Position numbers and translations under genes: made by a program. Below, in pieces: positions 63,111 to 64,000 of a DNA stretch of 64,000 nucleotides; position 1 is the first letter of the stretch, and each line of letters begins with the position of its first letter. This DNA comes from Eledone cirrhosa (taxonomy: Eukaryota): NCBI GenBank assembly GCA_964016885.1, contig OZ024747.1, positions 52,514,001 to 52,578,000 of the forward strand, read 5' to 3'. The notes beneath the pieces were generated by a model, which made no database searches, was not told where the DNA came from, and worked only from the letters and a program-made list of their open reading frames with translations.

Positions 63111-64000
63111 CGTAGCACAGAGTCGCTGTAGAGTAAAACAGAGAGAACCAGTACATAGGACAGTGTTGGTGTAGAGTAAAACAGAGAGAACCAGTACATA
63201 GGACAGTGTTGGTGTAGGGTAAAACAGAGAGAACCAGTACGTAGCACAGAGTCGGTGTAGAGTAAAACAGAGAGAACCAGTACGTAGCACAGAGTCGGTG
63301 TAGAGTAAAACAGAGAGAACCAGTACATAGGACAGTGTTGGTGTAGAGTAAAACAGAGAGAACCAGTACATAGGACAGTGTTGGTGTAGAGTAAAACAGA
63401 GAGAACCAGTACATAGGACAGAGTAGGTGTAGTGTAAAACAGAGAACAGAGAGAACCAGTACGTAGCACAGTGTTGGTGTAGAGTAAAACAGAGAGAACC
63501 AGTACGTAGCACAGAGTCGGTGTAGAGTAAAACAGAGAGAACCAGTACGTAGCACAGACTCGGTGTAGAGTAAAACAGAGAGAACCAGTACGTAGCACAG
63601 AGTCGGTGTAGAGTAAAACAGAGAGAGCCAGTACATAGAACAGAGTCGGTGTAGAGTAAAACAGAGAGAACCAGTACATAGGACAGAGTCACTGTAGAGT
63701 AAAACAGAGAGAACTAGTACATAGGACAGAGTCAGAGTAGAGTAAAACAGAGAGAACCAGTACATAGGACAGAGTCGGTGTAGAGTAAAACAGAGAGAAC
63801 CAGTACATAGGACAGAGTTGATGTAGGGTAAAACAGAGAGAACTAGTACATAGGACAGAGTTGGTGTAGTGTAAAACAGAGAGAACCAGTACATAGGACA
63901 GAGTCGGTGTAGAGTAAAACATAGAGAACCAGTACATAGGACAGAGTTGATGTAGGGTAAAACAGAGAGAACCAGTACATAGGACAGAGTAGGTGTAGAG

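Larger units (their letters stand above)
1..64000. repeat. 43-bp tandem repeat array (satellite/minisatellite), ~1,490 head-to-tail monomers, running off both window edges
   Basis: Monomer 1 starts at base 1 (tgtagggtaaaacagagagaaccagtacataggacagagttgg) and the next at base 44. The core GTAAAACAGAGAGAACCAGTAC recurs with 43-bp periodicity to base 64000. Monomers differ by a few substitutions, with occasional 41-bp and 50-bp length variants. No inversion or non-repeat insert was seen. Confidence 0.99.

Noticed and set aside
649-63937. All minus-strand ORFs in the track (67-2610 aa) as protein-coding genes
   Set aside because: They overlap in all three frames, encode the same 43-aa repeat, and have no unique N- or C-terminal domain. 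They start and stop wherever monomer variants dictate and are fully explained by a stop-free 43-bp unit.
1-64000. CRISPR array (28-nt constant 'repeat' plus variable 'spacer')
   Set aside because: The variable parts are only ~15 nt, are point variants of one sequence and are reused hundreds of times. There are no unique spacers, leader or cas genes.
1-64000. Antigenic-variation cassette array, diversity-generating retroelement, integron or shufflon
   Set aside because: There is no recombinase, reverse transcriptase, expression locus, inverted sites or distinct cassettes. The variation pattern is that of ordinary tandem-repeat turnover.
1-64000. Embedded transposon, tRNA/rRNA gene, unique island or inversion
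   Set aside because: None was seen on reading through. An inverted segment would produce long + strand ORFs, and the track has none. A very short insert could have been missed by eye.
1-64000. Synthetic concatemer or rolling-circle/sequencing artefact
   Set aside because: Variants are linked, hierarchically shared between blocks and regionally clustered, which fits an evolved array rather than random error on one template. The exact block copy number still needs read validation.
1-64000. Assignment to a specific taxon or to a centromere
   Set aside because: There is no diagnostic motif that I can recognise and no flanking sequence. This needs a database search and chromatin data.

Overview
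The whole 64 kb window is one uninterrupted, single-orientation tandem array of a 43-bp monomer (about 1,490 copies by length). The + strand consensus is TGTAGAGTAAAACAGAGAGAACCAGTACATAGGACAGAGTCGG (44% GC, 72% purine). Reading through it I found no unique sequence, gene, RNA gene, transposon or CRISPR-cas content. Every ORF in the track is on the minus strand and is a by-product of the repeat. The reverse complement of the monomer has no stop codon, and 43 is not a multiple of 3, so all three frames give the same 43-aa hydrophobic repeat. The real structure lies in the order of monomer variants. Each monomer has a nearly invariant 28-nt part and a variable 15-nt part. The variants form recurring multi-monomer modules, a 996-bp (23-mer) higher-order unit, and recent 1.6-4.6 kb block duplications marked by private mutations. 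The two main polymorphic sites are both CpG sites, and the monomer looks like an ancient dimer of about 21-22 bp. The best interpretation is eukaryotic-type satellite/minisatellite DNA with nested higher-order structure. The organism and chromosomal location cannot be determined from the sequence, and I cannot support a novel protein-coding system. All counts and boundaries were read by eye and are approximate.
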